Positions 1-10,107 are shown, counted from the whole stretch's first letter. The stretch is DNA of 63,979 nt, filler included, from an uncultured bacterium (GCA_964429075.1; 9 parts of 9 records of this genome joined end to end with filler, not necessarily neighbours in it), one strand, 5' to 3'. Numbers and translations are program-made. The notes: a model not told the origin generated them from the letters alone.

Positions 1-201
1 GATAAAGATTTAGTACCTAAAAGCTGCATTAGATTCTACAAGAAAAGTAATGAGGTAAAGCGGTATATCTGGATTCTGTGAAGATGGCCTTTATTGTAAA
101 AGTGATAGAGACCATATTTGTCCGGATATCTATTACAATTATCCTTAAAAATTTAGAAAAGAGGTATTGATTTAACAGACTGTCTGTAATATCTTTGTGT
201 T

Positions 202-801
202 ATGAAATTGATTGGGATCACAGGCACGATCTGCTCTGGAAAGAGCACAGTATCTTCTATGCTAAAAGAGATGGGATATGTTGTGATTGACATCGACAGA
301 CTTAACGATCAGAACCTAAAAGAGAGCAAAACAAAACAGAAACTCATAAAGATCTTTGGAAAAGATGTTATTGATGAGTCTGGAAATGTTGATAAGGACT
401 TTATAAGACAGGCCATAACCAAGGACCCATCCCTTATACATAGCTTAAAAAGGGCTACTCATCCTGGGATTAAAAGGCTTCTTTTTGAAAGATTGCAAAA
501 GATTGAGATGGATAAAAATGAACTGTGTTTTATTGAGGTGCCCCTTTTGTTTGAAGAGGGTTTAGAAGATATGTTCGACAGAATCATTGCTGTTGTGTGC
601 GATAGAGAAATCAGGAAAAGTAGGTTTATACAGAGGCGAAAAAAGCAGGAAGAACTATTTGAAAGACTTGATGGTGCTCAACTCTCTGATGAACATAAGG
701 CAAAGGCGTCTGACTTTGTAATTTTTAACAACGCCGGCCTTGATGAACTTAAAGAGAGACTAAAAAAGATAATTAAACAGATCGATCAGAAAAGAGTATG
801 A
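202..801 (+). CDS. coaE: Dephospho-CoA kinase
   Basis: N-terminal IGITGTICSGKST P-loop, THP and EVPLLFE motifs, 199 aa. Confidence 0.93.
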   Translation: MKLIGITGTICSGKSTVSSMLKEMGYVVIDIDRLNDQNLKESKTKQKLIKIFGKDVIDESGNVDKDFIRQAITKDPSLIHSLKRATHPGIKRLLFERLQKIEMDKNELCFIEVPLLFEEGLEDMFDRIIAVVCDREIRKSRFIQRRKKQEELFERLDGAQLSDEHKAKASDFVIFNNAGLDELKERLKKIIKQIDQKRV

Positions 802-1796
802 AAGAGGCCTATTTATACGAAAGACTTGAAAATAAAAGGGTAAGGTGCCTGCTATGCAGGCATTTTTGCGTAATCAAGGATGGCAAAAGGGGCATCTGCG
901 GTGTAAGAGAAAACCGTAAAGGGACTCTATATAGTCTCGTGTATGATCTTGTTGTCTCAGCAGCAATCGATCCGATTGAGAAAAAACCCCTTTATCACTT
1001 TTTACCTTCGTCTTACTCCCTCTCTGTAGCAACAGTTGGTTGCAATTTTGACTGCCCGCACTGTCAGAACAGCGATATATCAAGGGCAAATGAGCCCTTT
1101 GGTCAGAGGATAGACCCGAAGCAGCTTGCATCCGTTGCAATATCAAAAGGTTGTAGATCGATCTCATACACCTATACTGAGCCAACCATATTCTTTGAGC
1201 TTGTATATGATGCATCAAAGGTTGCAAAAAGTATGGGGATAAAGAATGTGCTTGTTACCAATGGATACATGTCAGATCAGATGCTCGATATGTATTTACC
1301 TTTCCTTGATGCTGCAAATGTTGATCTAAAGGGTATGGACTCAAAAAGACACAAATCCTATCTTAAGGCAGATCCGGCCCTTGTTACAAAAAGTATAGAG
1401 AGGATGAAAAAGGCTGGTGTGTGGGTGGAGATAACAACGCTTATAGTCCCCGGGATAAACGATAGTAAAAAAGAGTTAGAAGAGATTGCTGGATTTATAG
1501 CCTCAGTCGATGTCTCCATACCATGGCACATCTCAAGGTTTCACCCCTCCTATAGGATGCTCAATGTCCCGCCCACACCACTTAATACCCTCCTTATGGC
1601 AGCAGAGATTGGAGAGAAAAATGGACTCAAGTATATCTATCTGGGTAATGTAATGGATGATAGATACAGGGATACTGTGTGTCCTGACTGTAGTAAAACC
1701 CTGATCGAGAGAAGATACTTTTCAGTGGTCTCTATGAATATAATAGATGGTCATTGTATCTACTGTGACAACCCTGTAGAGGGTGTCTTTGAGTAG
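798..1796 (+). CDS. amrS: AmmeMemoRadiSam system radical SAM enzyme (PFL-activase-like)
   Basis: CLLC/GICGVR N-terminus, DPIEKKPLYHF, GCNFDCPHCQN (CxxxCxxC), YTYTEP, C-terminal CPDC/CIYC; 4-bp overlap with coaE. Confidence 0.9.
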   Translation: MKEAYLYERLENKRVRCLLCRHFCVIKDGKRGICGVRENRKGTLYSLVYDLVVSAAIDPIEKKPLYHFLPSSYSLSVATVGCNFDCPHCQNSDISRANEPFGQRIDPKQLASVAISKGCRSISYTYTEPTIFFELVYDASKVAKSMGIKNVLVTNGYMSDQMLDMYLPFLDAANVDLKGMDSKRHKSYLKADPALVTKSIERMKKAGVWVEITTLIVPGINDSKKELEEIAGFIASVDVSIPWHISRFHPSYRMLNVPPTPLNTLLMAAEIGEKNGLKYIYLGNVMDDRYRDTVCPDCSKTLIERRYFSVVSMNIIDGHCIYCDNPVEGVFE

Positions 1797-3078
1797 CAAG
1801 GGTCTTGAGTTCTTCAACAGTCTTTTCACCGAGTGTATGATAGACAAACCAGATTCGATTGGTCATCAATGGATCATTCAGGTTGTATCTTTTAATCACA
1901 AGATCGCCATCTACTGTTGAAGGGATTGGTGAAAATTCACTGAGACTAACCTTAAGATTATAACTTTTTACAATGTTTATCGAATTTATAGTCTTTTTGA
2001 TATCCATCTTTGGATGTCCGATGAATAGATAAACGACAATATCATTTTTATCCCAGCCGCTTTTATCTACTGCGCTGATGAATTCCTCAAATTGATCTAC
2101 ACTTAATTTTGATCCGGTCGTTTTTTGGAATCTGTCATCAAGGGACTCAAGCCCGATAAATAGTGTTTTAAATCCATGTCTTTTTAATGTCTTAAGTACA
2201 TCCTTTTTTAGAAATTTGAGATGAAGACCATTTGGTGTGTAAAAGGATACATTGCTAAATTCTGATGTGACCTTTTTGATAATAGGTAAGAGATGGCTGT
2301 AGAAGTCTATCAAAAGTGCATCATCATAAAATATTAATCTTCTTTTACCAAAAGATAAAGACCTTATTATCTCTTGGGTACAAAAATCAGGATCGAGCTT
2401 AATAAAGGTGCTTTCTCTCATCCTGCAGTAGGTACAGCGATAAGGACAGCCGTAAGTTGTCCTTGTTACAATATAGTCGAGCTCTTTATAATACCTCTCC
2501 CAAAGAGGCAGGGTATAATAGAGATCAATAAGGCCTTTTTGGGTATATCTTTTTAAGAAATTATCTAGCATGCTATGTGTGACAACCTCATCAATCTGAC
2601 ACACCGATTTTGCATGTTCAGAGAGTGAATCGGCATAATTTCCTCCAAGGATCAATCTTGATCTTTTAAATCTTTCTTTTACGGTTGTTACAGCTTCAAT
2701 AAGGCCCATATACCAGTAGGTCATGGTGCAGGTAAAAAGGACAAGGTCTGGTTCTGGGATGGATTTCAAAAACTGTTCAAAAACAGATTGTTTCAAACCA
2801 TATCTCTTGAATCGTCGCGGGATTCCGGATATAATATAAGGTGTCTCTACAACAACTCGTTCTATCTTGCCCCTGCCATCTTTTGTTTTCTTTCTTAACC
2901 TTTTGTCGGCTGAGGGATGGAGCCTGTCTAAAAAGTCAAAAAATAGTACACTGTAACCTGACCTCTCGAATAGAGATGCAAGCTTAACCAATCCATATGG
3001 TTTGAGCCAGAAGTCGTGTACAGAAAAGTCGTATGCAGGGGGATTAACAAAGAGAGCAATAGGTCTGTCGTACTTCAT
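1732..3078 (-). CDS. Cobalamin-binding-domain radical SAM protein
   Basis: N-terminal LFVNPP/KPYGL B12-binding-like region, GCPYRCTYC, FYDDAL, TPNGLH, IGLES. Confidence 0.82.
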   Translation of the reverse strand: MKYDRPIALFVNPPAYDFSVHDFWLKPYGLVKLASLFERSGYSVLFFDFLDRLHPSADKRLRKKTKDGRGKIERVVVETPYIISGIPRRFKRYGLKQSVFEQFLKSIPEPDLVLFTCTMTYWYMGLIEAVTTVKERFKRSRLILGGNYADSLSEHAKSVCQIDEVVTHSMLDNFLKRYTQKGLIDLYYTLPLWERYYKELDYIVTRTTYGCPYRCTYCRMRESTFIKLDPDFCTQEIIRSLSFGKRRLIFYDDALLIDFYSHLLPIIKKVTSEFSNVSFYTPNGLHLKFLKKDVLKTLKRHGFKTLFIGLESLDDRFQKTTGSKLSVDQFEEFISAVDKSGWDKNDIVVYLFIGHPKMDIKKTINSINIVKSYNLKVSLSEFSPIPSTVDGDLVIKRYNLNDPLMTNRIWFVYHTLGEKTVEELKTLATQRHPLQGCHSRYNDHLLYS

Positions 3079-3152
3079 GGTTTTTTAATCTAAATCTTTT
3101 TTTTAATAATATCAATGAGCGAAACGATTAGTAGGTTCTATATAAATTACAT

Positions 3153-3181
3153 TTGACAAAAAGAGGGGGATGACTTAACAC
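3153..3181 (+). promoter_or_regulatory. Possible sigma70 promoter of the glmM operon
   Basis: Perfect TTGACA, 17 bp, then a weak -10 TAACAC about 7 bp before the glmM ATG. Confidence 0.35.
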
Positions 3182-3188
3182 AACAGTT

Positions 3189-4544
3189 ATGAAACTTTTT
3201 GGCACAGATGGTATACGTGGGAGGGCAAACAGATTCCCCATGACTCCGGAGATTGCCCTTAGGGTTGGAAAGGCAGTATGTAAGATCTTTAAGAAAGAAC
3301 ACCATCGCGCTACTGTACTTATTGGTAAAGATACAAGGATATCTGGGTATCTGTTTGAGACTGCCATTGCATCTGGTGTTTGTGCGATGGGTGGTAAGGT
3401 ATATCTCGTTGGACCAATGCCAACACCTGGCGTTGCATTCCTTACAAAGGATATGCGGGCAGATGCCGGTATTGTGATCTCTGCATCCCATAATCCATAC
3501 TTTGACAACGGTATAAAGATATTCTCACGTGAGGGCTTTAAGCTGGAAGATGATATAGAAAACTCAATAGAAGATACAGTCCTTTCAGATGAGGAATATG
3601 ATAGTCTTGCTCTGGATGATGCAATAGGTACGGTAGAGAGAGTAAGGGAGGCAAAGGGCAGGTATGTGGTCTTTGTTAAAAATACACTACCCATGGATAT
3701 AGATATTGAAAATATGAATATTGCCCTTGATTGTGCAAATGGTGCCCTCTACAGTATAGCACCCCTTGTCTTTGAAGAACTTGGTGCAAGGCTTGAGCTT
3801 ATTGGTGTTAATCCAAATGGTATAAACATAAATAATAACTGCGGAGCAGTTCATCCTGAGAACTTGTCACAGGTTATAGCTAGAGGTGGATTTGAGATTG
3901 GTTTTTCCTTTGATGGTGATGGTGATAGGGCAGTGGTGATAGATGAAAAAGGGAATGTAATACCAGGTGATGCCCTTATAGGTGTATTTGCAGCATATAT
4001 GAAGGAAAATGGTCTTTTAAAAAGGAATACCGTTGTTGGAACCATAATGACAAACATGGGTCTTGAAATATATCTAAAAGAGAATGAGATAGATCTTGTA
4101 CGGACACCTGTCGGAGACAGATACATAGTTGAAAGAATGAGAAAAGATGGTTACAACTTTGGAGGTGAGGAATCCGGTCATATTGTACTTTTTGATCTAT
4201 CAACAACAGGTGATGGTCTTATAACAGCACTCTTTACCTTAAGGGTAATGTTGAGTCTTGAAAAACCTATCTCTGTGCTTGCATCCAACATTACCCTCTT
4301 CCCCTCTGTAAAGGGTAGCCTGAGTATTCAAGAAAAAAAAGACCTAAAGGAGTGTGAAAGACTCTCTCAGTTACTGGAAGAGCTATCAAAATGGGGTAAA
4401 GGTAGATACAGAGCGGTTGTTAGGTATTCCGGGACAGAACCAAAGGTAAGAATAATGGTGGAAGGGGAAGATAGGGATAATTGCAGAATGTGGTATGAAA
4501 GGATAAAAGAGGTCCTTGAATATTATCTTGGGGTGGTAGTATGA
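3189..4544 (+). CDS. glmM: Phosphoglucosamine mutase
   Basis: LFGTDGIRG, ISASHNPYFDNGIK (phosphoserine), FDGDGDR, GGEESGH, RYSGTEP. Confidence 0.96.
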   Translation: MKLFGTDGIRGRANRFPMTPEIALRVGKAVCKIFKKEHHRATVLIGKDTRISGYLFETAIASGVCAMGGKVYLVGPMPTPGVAFLTKDMRADAGIVISASHNPYFDNGIKIFSREGFKLEDDIENSIEDTVLSDEEYDSLALDDAIGTVERVREAKGRYVVFVKNTLPMDIDIENMNIALDCANGALYSIAPLVFEELGARLELIGVNPNGININNNCGAVHPENLSQVIARGGFEIGFSFDGDGDRAVVIDEKGNVIPGDALIGVFAAYMKENGLLKRNTVVGTIMTNMGLEIYLKENEIDLVRTPVGDRYIVERMRKDGYNFGGEESGHIVLFDLSTTGDGLITALFTLRVMLSLEKPISVLASNITLFPSVKGSLSIQEKKDLKECERLSQLLEELSKWGKGRYRAVVRYSGTEPKVRIMVEGEDRDNCRMWYERIKEVLEYYLGVVV

Positions 4545-5275
4545 TTAAGAGGCTTGGTGTAAATGTTGATCATGTTGCAACACTCAGGCAGGCGAGGGGT
4601 ACAAATTATCCTGATCCAATCTTTGCAGCCCTTCTTGCAGAGATGGGTGGAGCCGATCAAATAACCATTCATCTACGTGAAGACAGAAGGCACATACAGG
4701 ACAGGGATCTTGAATTGATGCGCAAGGTGATTAAAACAAAGCTAAATCTTGAAATGGCAGCGACCTCTGAGATGATGGAGATTGCACAGCGCGTTGTACC
4801 AGATACTATTACCCTTGTCCCAGAGAGGAGGGAGGAGCTGACAACAGAGGGGGGACTTGATGTAATTTCAAACAGAGATCAGGTATCCAAGGTTGTATAT
4901 ACCTTTAAGAATTCAGGTATCAGGGTCAGTGTCTTCGTTGACCCAGATATAAATCAGATAAAGGAGGTCCATCGACTTGGTATAGATTGCATAGAGCTAC
5001 ATACTGGAAGATACGCAGATTCAACAAATGAGAAAGAGATGAACTATGAACTTTATAGAATTAAAGAGGCAGCACTCTTTGCAAAAAAACTCAACATGTC
5101 TGTCTTTGCAGGACATGGACTTAATTATAGAAACATCCTGAAGGTAGCTGCCATCAAAGAAATAGAGGAATTCAACATAGGACATTCCATAATTGCCCGC
5201 TCTGTTTTTGTAGGCATAAAAGAGGCAACGAGGGAGATGAAAGAGCTAATCCTTCTTGGATCATCACATGGTTGA
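4541..5275 (+). CDS. pdxJ: Pyridoxine 5'-phosphate synthase
   Basis: LGVNVDHVATLRQAR, HLREDRRHI, TTEGGLD, AGHGLNY, NIGHSII. Confidence 0.97.
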   Translation: MIKRLGVNVDHVATLRQARGTNYPDPIFAALLAEMGGADQITIHLREDRRHIQDRDLELMRKVIKTKLNLEMAATSEMMEIAQRVVPDTITLVPERREELTTEGGLDVISNRDQVSKVVYTFKNSGIRVSVFVDPDINQIKEVHRLGIDCIELHTGRYADSTNEKEMNYELYRIKEAALFAKKLNMSVFAGHGLNYRNILKVAAIKEIEEFNIGHSIIARSVFVGIKEATREMKELILLGSSHG

Positions 5276-5612
5276 TATTGGACTCGATATTGTAAATGTG
5301 GGAAGGATTAAAGCTACAGTGGAGAGATATGGTAGTAGATTCCTCTTACGGGTGTTTACAGAAAAAGAGCTAAAAGGATTTGATAAGATCACTGATAATG
5401 CCTACAGATTTCAGCATATTGCAGGTCTTTTCGGTGCCAAAGAGGCAATAAAAAAGTGTGTGGGAGTACATATCCCTTTTAAGTGTATTGAGGTGATAAA
5501 GGATGATTCCGGGAAACCTGCTGTATATATAGATAATAGAAAAAGGTTTGACATATCTGTAAGTATAACTCATACAGCCGAGTATTCTGCAGCTGTTGCA
5601 ATAAAATCTTAA
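5268..5612 (+). CDS. acpS: Holo-[acyl-carrier-protein] synthase
   Basis: IGLDIV, FTEKE, AGLFGAKEA, SITHT; follows pdxJ; start placed at ATG 5268. Confidence 0.92.
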   Translation: MVDIGLDIVNVGRIKATVERYGSRFLLRVFTEKELKGFDKITDNAYRFQHIAGLFGAKEAIKKCVGVHIPFKCIEVIKDDSGKPAVYIDNRKRFDISVSITHTAEYSAAVAIKS

Positions 5613-5628
5613 GGAACTATGGAGAATA

Positions 5629-7167
5629 GTGATGGAAAGGATTGAGACATGGACAAATATTGTTGTTACAAGGGATCAGATGGTAGAGCTTGATAGAAGG
5701 ACAATTGAAGATATAGGTGTTCCGGGCGTTGTGCTTATGGAGAATGCAGGCCAGAAGTCTGCTGAGATAATAGATGAAAAGGCAGGAGGAGCTGCCTGTA
5801 ATGTCCTTGTTTGTTGTGGAAAGGGTAATAATGGTGGAGATGGTTTTGTTATCTCAAGATATCTCCATAACTGGGGTTACAACGTAAATATCGTTCTTAC
5901 TTCAGATCCTGATAAACTAAAAGGAGATGCCCTTATTAACTACAAAACAGTAGAGAGATTGGGTATACCTGTATATATAATAAGGAATAATGATGAATTT
6001 ACAAAGATCAAAAAAAGGATTTCACAGCCAGCTATTGTTGTGGATGCACTGTTTGGTACCGGACTTAAGGGAGAGATTAGAGGTATTGCATACTCTGTTA
6101 TAGAGTGGATTAACAGACTTGGTGATGAAGGCAGTCTTGTTGTATCTGTAGATATCCCGAGTGGTCTATGTTGTGATACAGGGAGGGTGCTTGGTGTTGC
6201 AGTTGAAGCGGATTTGACAGTTACATTTGGATTTTCAAAGCCCTGGCAATTTACACCTCAGGGAGCAAGAAAGGGGGGAAGGATATACACAGTGGATATT
6301 TCTATTCCAGAGCGACTTGTAGAAAGACCCTTTGCAAGGATACTAAGTGAATGGGTGTTATCTGACTGTTTAAAAAGAAGAGACCCCTTTACCCACAAGG
6401 GGCATTATGGAAAAATACTTGTTGTAGCAGGATCAAGGGCTATGTCTGGTGCAGCAACCCTTGTTGCAAATTCTGCATTAAGAACAGGAGCAGGGCTTGT
6501 TTACCTCTACACACCACTTGAGACCACCCATACACTAAGAAACCTCTCTTCTGCCACAATAACACTGTTGTGGGAGGATATTGATGTGGATAATGCCATT
6601 CTGGATAAGGATGTGGTAATATTAGGTCCAGGTTTGGGACAGGGTAAGGTGCAAATAAAAATTGTAGAAGAAATACTAGAAAAATGGAATGGGCCAATAG
6701 TTGTAGATGCTGATGGCCTCAATATTATATCAAAAGAACGAAGACTCATTGATCTTTTAAAAAACAAAGAAAAGGCAGTGATAACACCTCATCCAGCAGA
6801 AGCAGCAAGGCTCCTTGAAAAAGAGACAAAAGAGGTTTTTATGCACCCTTTTGCTGCAGTCGATGAACTTGTTAAACTAACAGGTGCTGTGACCATACTT
6901 AAAGGTACCTACAGCTTTATTAGCAATGGGAAGGATCCGATTTATATAAATACTTTTGGCAATCCCGGTATGGCAACAGGTGGTATGGGTGATGTCTTAA
7001 GTGGTATTGTAGGAACACTGCTACATTCAAAAGATGGGCTGTTTGCAGCACTTTGTGGTGTTATCATCCATTCAAAGGCGGCAGATACAGCAGCCAAAGA
7101 ACTAGGTGAAGATTCTCTGTTGCCCGATGATGTTGTTGAGAGGATCAAGGATATTATAAAGGGTTAA
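5629..7167 (+). CDS. nnr: Bifunctional NAD(P)H-hydrate epimerase/dehydratase
   Basis: LMENAG, GKGNNGGDG, DALFGTG, HKGHYG, ITPHPAE, GNPGMATGGMGDVL. Confidence 0.95.
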   Translation: MMERIETWTNIVVTRDQMVELDRRTIEDIGVPGVVLMENAGQKSAEIIDEKAGGAACNVLVCCGKGNNGGDGFVISRYLHNWGYNVNIVLTSDPDKLKGDALINYKTVERLGIPVYIIRNNDEFTKIKKRISQPAIVVDALFGTGLKGEIRGIAYSVIEWINRLGDEGSLVVSVDIPSGLCCDTGRVLGVAVEADLTVTFGFSKPWQFTPQGARKGGRIYTVDISIPERLVERPFARILSEWVLSDCLKRRDPFTHKGHYGKILVVAGSRAMSGAATLVANSALRTGAGLVYLYTPLETTHTLRNLSSATITLLWEDIDVDNAILDKDVVILGPGLGQGKVQIKIVEEILEKWNGPIVVDADGLNIISKERRLIDLLKNKEKAVITPHPAEAARLLEKETKEVFMHPFAAVDELVKLTGAVTILKGTYSFISNGKDPIYINTFGNPGMATGGMGDVLSGIVGTLLHSKDGLFAALCGVIIHSKAADTAAKELGEDSLLPDDVVERIKDIIKG

Positions 7168-7386
7168 TTATATGTTGTCAGGTCCCTCTTCTGAATCCAG
7201 GTCAGAACCAACCAGCTCTATCAATTCGGTTGCCAGGGCAATGATCTCTTTTGGAGTATAACCGTGTTGTTTGAGCTCTCTAAAGAATGTTCTTGCAAGG
7301 ATCTTTGTTGCCTGATCGCTAAAATTCTGTCTTAGTTCACCTATAGGGGTATAACCCTTTTGTTGTTTTTTGACTGATGTATTCAT
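7168..7386 (-). CDS. Small hypothetical protein (72 aa), helical core ILARTFFRELKQHGYTPKEIIALATELIELV
   Basis: Clean ORF abutting the nnr stop; amphipathic helical pattern resembling small myxobacterial hypothetical proteins (from recall). Confidence 0.7.
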   Translation of the reverse strand: MNTSVKKQQKGYTPIGELRQNFSDQATKILARTFFRELKQHGYTPKEIIALATELIELVGSDLDSEEGPDNI

Positions 7387-7435
7387 AATTTATTATTAAG
7401 CAATTGATGTGCCATTTACTTGATACCTGTAACAT

Positions 7436-7535
7436 NNNNNNNNNNNNNNNNNNNNNNNNNNNNNNNNNNNNNNNNNNNNTTAATTAATTAANNNNNNNNN
7501 NNNNNNNNNNNNNNNNNNNNNNNNNNNNNNNNNNN
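7436..7535. other. Artificial contig-joining linker
   Basis: N44-TTAATTAATTAA-N44, giving stops in all six frames. Confidence 0.98.
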
Positions 7536-7536
7536 G

Positions 7537-7932
7537 GATTTACTTACTTTAAGTCTTGAAGATGATATAGAGTTTGCAGAAAATATAATGGAGCTTGCAC
7601 ACATAAGACATCTCCCTGTTGTAGATGGTAATAGGCTTGTTGGGCTTGTAACTCACAGGGATCTATTGCGTGCCTCTATCTCCATTTTTGCTGATATAGA
7701 CATTGCAGAAGAGATTGAGGTAAAGGCATCTATACCTGTGAAAGAGATAATGCAGACAAAGATTACAACAGTTACTCCAGATACCCCACTGATAAAGGCA
7801 GCAGAGTTGATGGAGAAGAACAAATTTGGATGTCTACCTGTAGTAGAGGATGGAAAACTTGTAGGAATAATAACAGAGGCAGATTTTGTGATATTTTTAC
7901 GCGAGCTTTTAAAGCATCTATCTGAGATCTAA
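7537..7932 (+). CDS. CBS-domain pair protein (5' truncated at contig edge)
   Basis: IRHLPVVD..LVGLVTHRDL and GCLPVVE..LVGIITEAD; frame open back to the linker. Confidence 0.9.
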   Translation, partial: DLLTLSLEDDIEFAENIMELAHIRHLPVVDGNRLVGLVTHRDLLRASISIFADIDIAEEIEVKASIPVKEIMQTKITTVTPDTPLIKAAELMEKNKFGCLPVVEDGKLVGIITEADFVIFLRELLKHLSEI

Positions 7933-7942
7933 TTTTGATAAC

Positions 7943-7998
7943 TTTATAAAGGTCTTTTTTTAGGGTATAATATAAAAGTTATTTTCTCTTCAGGAGGT
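7943..7998 (+). promoter_or_regulatory. Putative sigma70 promoter and RBS for the lipoprotein-dac operon
   Basis: TTTATA-17bp-TATAAT (7966-7971) and AGGAGG before ATG 8005. Confidence 0.5.
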
Positions 7999-8004
7999 TG
8001 AGTC

Positions 8005-9201
8005 ATGATAAAATTAAAAAAAGCTCCTTTAATTATCTATCTTTTTAGTCTTATTTTTGTTGTGTCATGTGCTCATAAAAAGGTATCGCCGATCCCTGTT
8101 GCAAAGACTGGTAGGGTCATCGAATCTATAGATGCAAATACAATGAGGATAAAGGCAGATGGTATAGGTGAAGACTATGATAGTGCGATAAAGGATGCAT
8201 TAAAATCAGCAATCTATGTACTGGTTAAACAGATATTGAGTACATCTGATCAGATGGAGGAGTTTAACAGGGTGGCAGAGAGATTTTTTTTAGATATAGA
8301 TGGTATTGCAAGACTACAGAAGGTCCTAAAAAGGGTAAGGACCTCTGACGACAGAGTGCTTGTTACAGCTGTTGTGATAGTAGATTCTGCTCAAACAAGG
8401 GAAAAACTTGTTGATCTTGGTGTTGCAAAATCTCAAAAGGAAATACTTGCAGATGTTGACTATCCAACTATCATGGTTCACCCCGAGGACACAGTGAGGG
8501 GTCAGCGCTGGGAGCAGATTGCCAAGAATCAGATAAATTCATACCTTACTTCGAGAAAGTATGAGGTGCTTGATGAAAAGGCACTTTCTGATGTTAGATT
8601 ATCAGCAGACATCGTTAACGAAATTAAGGGAAATCTAAAAGATGATGTTGCAGCTGTAGCTATGCAGGTGGGTGCAGATGTCTACATTAAGTATGATGTA
8701 GTTGTTGACATCAAGGATGAACCTCAGGGGGTTGTCTATAAAGGCACAGCTACAGTAAAGGCATTTGAGACTACCACCGGTCGTTTGATTGGATCTGCAA
8801 CAGCAATGAGCAGGCGATATCCAGAGACAGCTGGAGTTTATGAGAAGATTATAGTTGAATCCTTGAGCGATGCAACAGAAAAGGTTTTAAAACAGATAAA
8901 TTCATACTGGACAAATGATGCAAAAGAGGGCAAATCTTACTATTTGCTTTTCAAAGGAAATTTTGGCGGCAAGCAAGGTAGAAGGATACAGAGAGGGATC
9001 TATTCACTGTTGAAAAAGATCAGTAGCAGGGTAAAAAATACGATCTCTACAGATAATACCCTTGAATATAGGATAAAGTCATCACTTGATAATACTGAAC
9101 TCTCGTTCAAAATTGAGGATCTCATAGAGAGACTGATCCCTGGCAGGTCATATGAATGGTTGATAAAGAATAGAAAGATGCTTGTACTGAATTTTAAATA
9201 G
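8005..9201 (+). CDS. Putative lipoprotein (FlgT/CsgG-like or DUF6175-like, uncertain)
   Basis: Lipobox VVSC; GADVYI and AFETTTGRLIGS segments typical of CsgG/FlgT-middle-like folds. Confidence 0.6.
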   Translation: MIKLKKAPLIIYLFSLIFVVSCAHKKVSPIPVAKTGRVIESIDANTMRIKADGIGEDYDSAIKDALKSAIYVLVKQILSTSDQMEEFNRVAERFFLDIDGIARLQKVLKRVRTSDDRVLVTAVVIVDSAQTREKLVDLGVAKSQKEILADVDYPTIMVHPEDTVRGQRWEQIAKNQINSYLTSRKYEVLDEKALSDVRLSADIVNEIKGNLKDDVAAVAMQVGADVYIKYDVVVDIKDEPQGVVYKGTATVKAFETTTGRLIGSATAMSRRYPETAGVYEKIIVESLSDATEKVLKQINSYWTNDAKEGKSYYLLFKGNFGGKQGRRIQRGIYSLLKKISSRVKNTISTDNTLEYRIKSSLDNTELSFKIEDLIERLIPGRSYEWLIKNRKMLVLNFK

Positions 9202-9204
9202 TTG

Positions 9205-10107
9205 ATGGCAAAGAAACAAAAAAAGTCGTACTTTATAAAGTCCTGTTTAGAGATTGCAAAAGAGGCAGGATATAAGAAAATTCTCTGGGTATTCGAAGAT
9301 CTACCCCCTTTTGAGCTTATAAATAAACTGGATCTAAAAGGTTCGATAATCTTTGTTTCGAGTAATACTAAAAAGGTGGAATACATGCGTGACAAGGGAT
9401 ATAGTGCCCTTGAGATTCCTATAAGCAGTTCATCAAGGATGGATAATGTAAACAATGCACTTACAACCGCAATCTCTGAAAAGCTGGTTCAGAGGAACGA
9501 AGAGGTACTTATCATGACAGGCATTGATATTGTGACAGGTATAGATACGGTCCTGCGGGTTACGGCAAAAAAGCCAATAGAAGATAGGCTACCGATGGAT
9601 ATTCTTGGTGAAGATGTTAAGGATAGAGAGCAGGTAAATCTTATACTGCGAATCCTCGTCCAAACAGCTGTTGAGATTGGTCATGATGGATATGAGGGAT
9701 CTCCTGTAGGTACGATAATAGTGTTTGGTGATAGTATAAATGTTATGGAAAAGTCCCATCAACTTACCTTTAACCCCTTTCAGGGATATCCTGAAAGTGA
9801 GAGAAATGTTCTAAAGGAGGATGTACGGCTTGCAATAAAGTGTTTTGCTACCTTAGACGGTGCCTTTGTGATTAGGGAGGATGGGACTATACTTGCTGCA
9901 GCAAGATATCTCAATATCGAAAAGTCCGCATCATCCGAGGTCAAATCAAGCAGGGGGACAAGACATCTTGCAGCAGCAAGTATAACATCAGTTACATCTG
10001 CTATTGCAATTGTGGTAAGCCAGACAACAGGGGATGTTACAATCTATAAAAATGGTAAAGTTGTAGGGGAAGTCTTTCAAAAGGAAAGAAGGATTTCTGT
10101 TAGGTAG
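9205..10107 (+). CDS. Diadenylate cyclase, DacZ-like (pyruvate-kinase-C-like N-domain plus DisA_N/DAC domain)
   Basis: EGSPVGTIIVFGD, NPFQGY, LDGAFVI, GTRHLAAASIT, VVSQTTG. Confidence 0.85.
   Translation: MAKKQKKSYFIKSCLEIAKEAGYKKILWVFEDLPPFELINKLDLKGSIIFVSSNTKKVEYMRDKGYSALEIPISSSSRMDNVNNALTTAISEKLVQRNEEVLIMTGIDIVTGIDTVLRVTAKKPIEDRLPMDILGEDVKDREQVNLILRILVQTAVEIGHDGYEGSPVGTIIVFGDSINVMEKSHQLTFNPFQGYPESERNVLKEDVRLAIKCFATLDGAFVIREDGTILAAARYLNIEKSASSEVKSSRGTRHLAAASITSVTSAIAIVVSQTTGDVTIYKNGKVVGEVFQKERRISVR

Noticed and set aside
1-201. Possible 3' end of a gene before coaE
   Set aside because: Only about 26 codons are open and no motif is recognisable
7480-7491. Recurrent palindromic TTAATTAATTAA as a biological repeat or CRISPR-like element
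   Set aside because: Always embedded in N44 runs with identical spacing; it is an artificial six-frame stop linker
5629-7932. nnr followed by a CBS-domain gene as conserved synteny
   Set aside because: The genes are on different contigs ordered by size, so adjacency is unsupported
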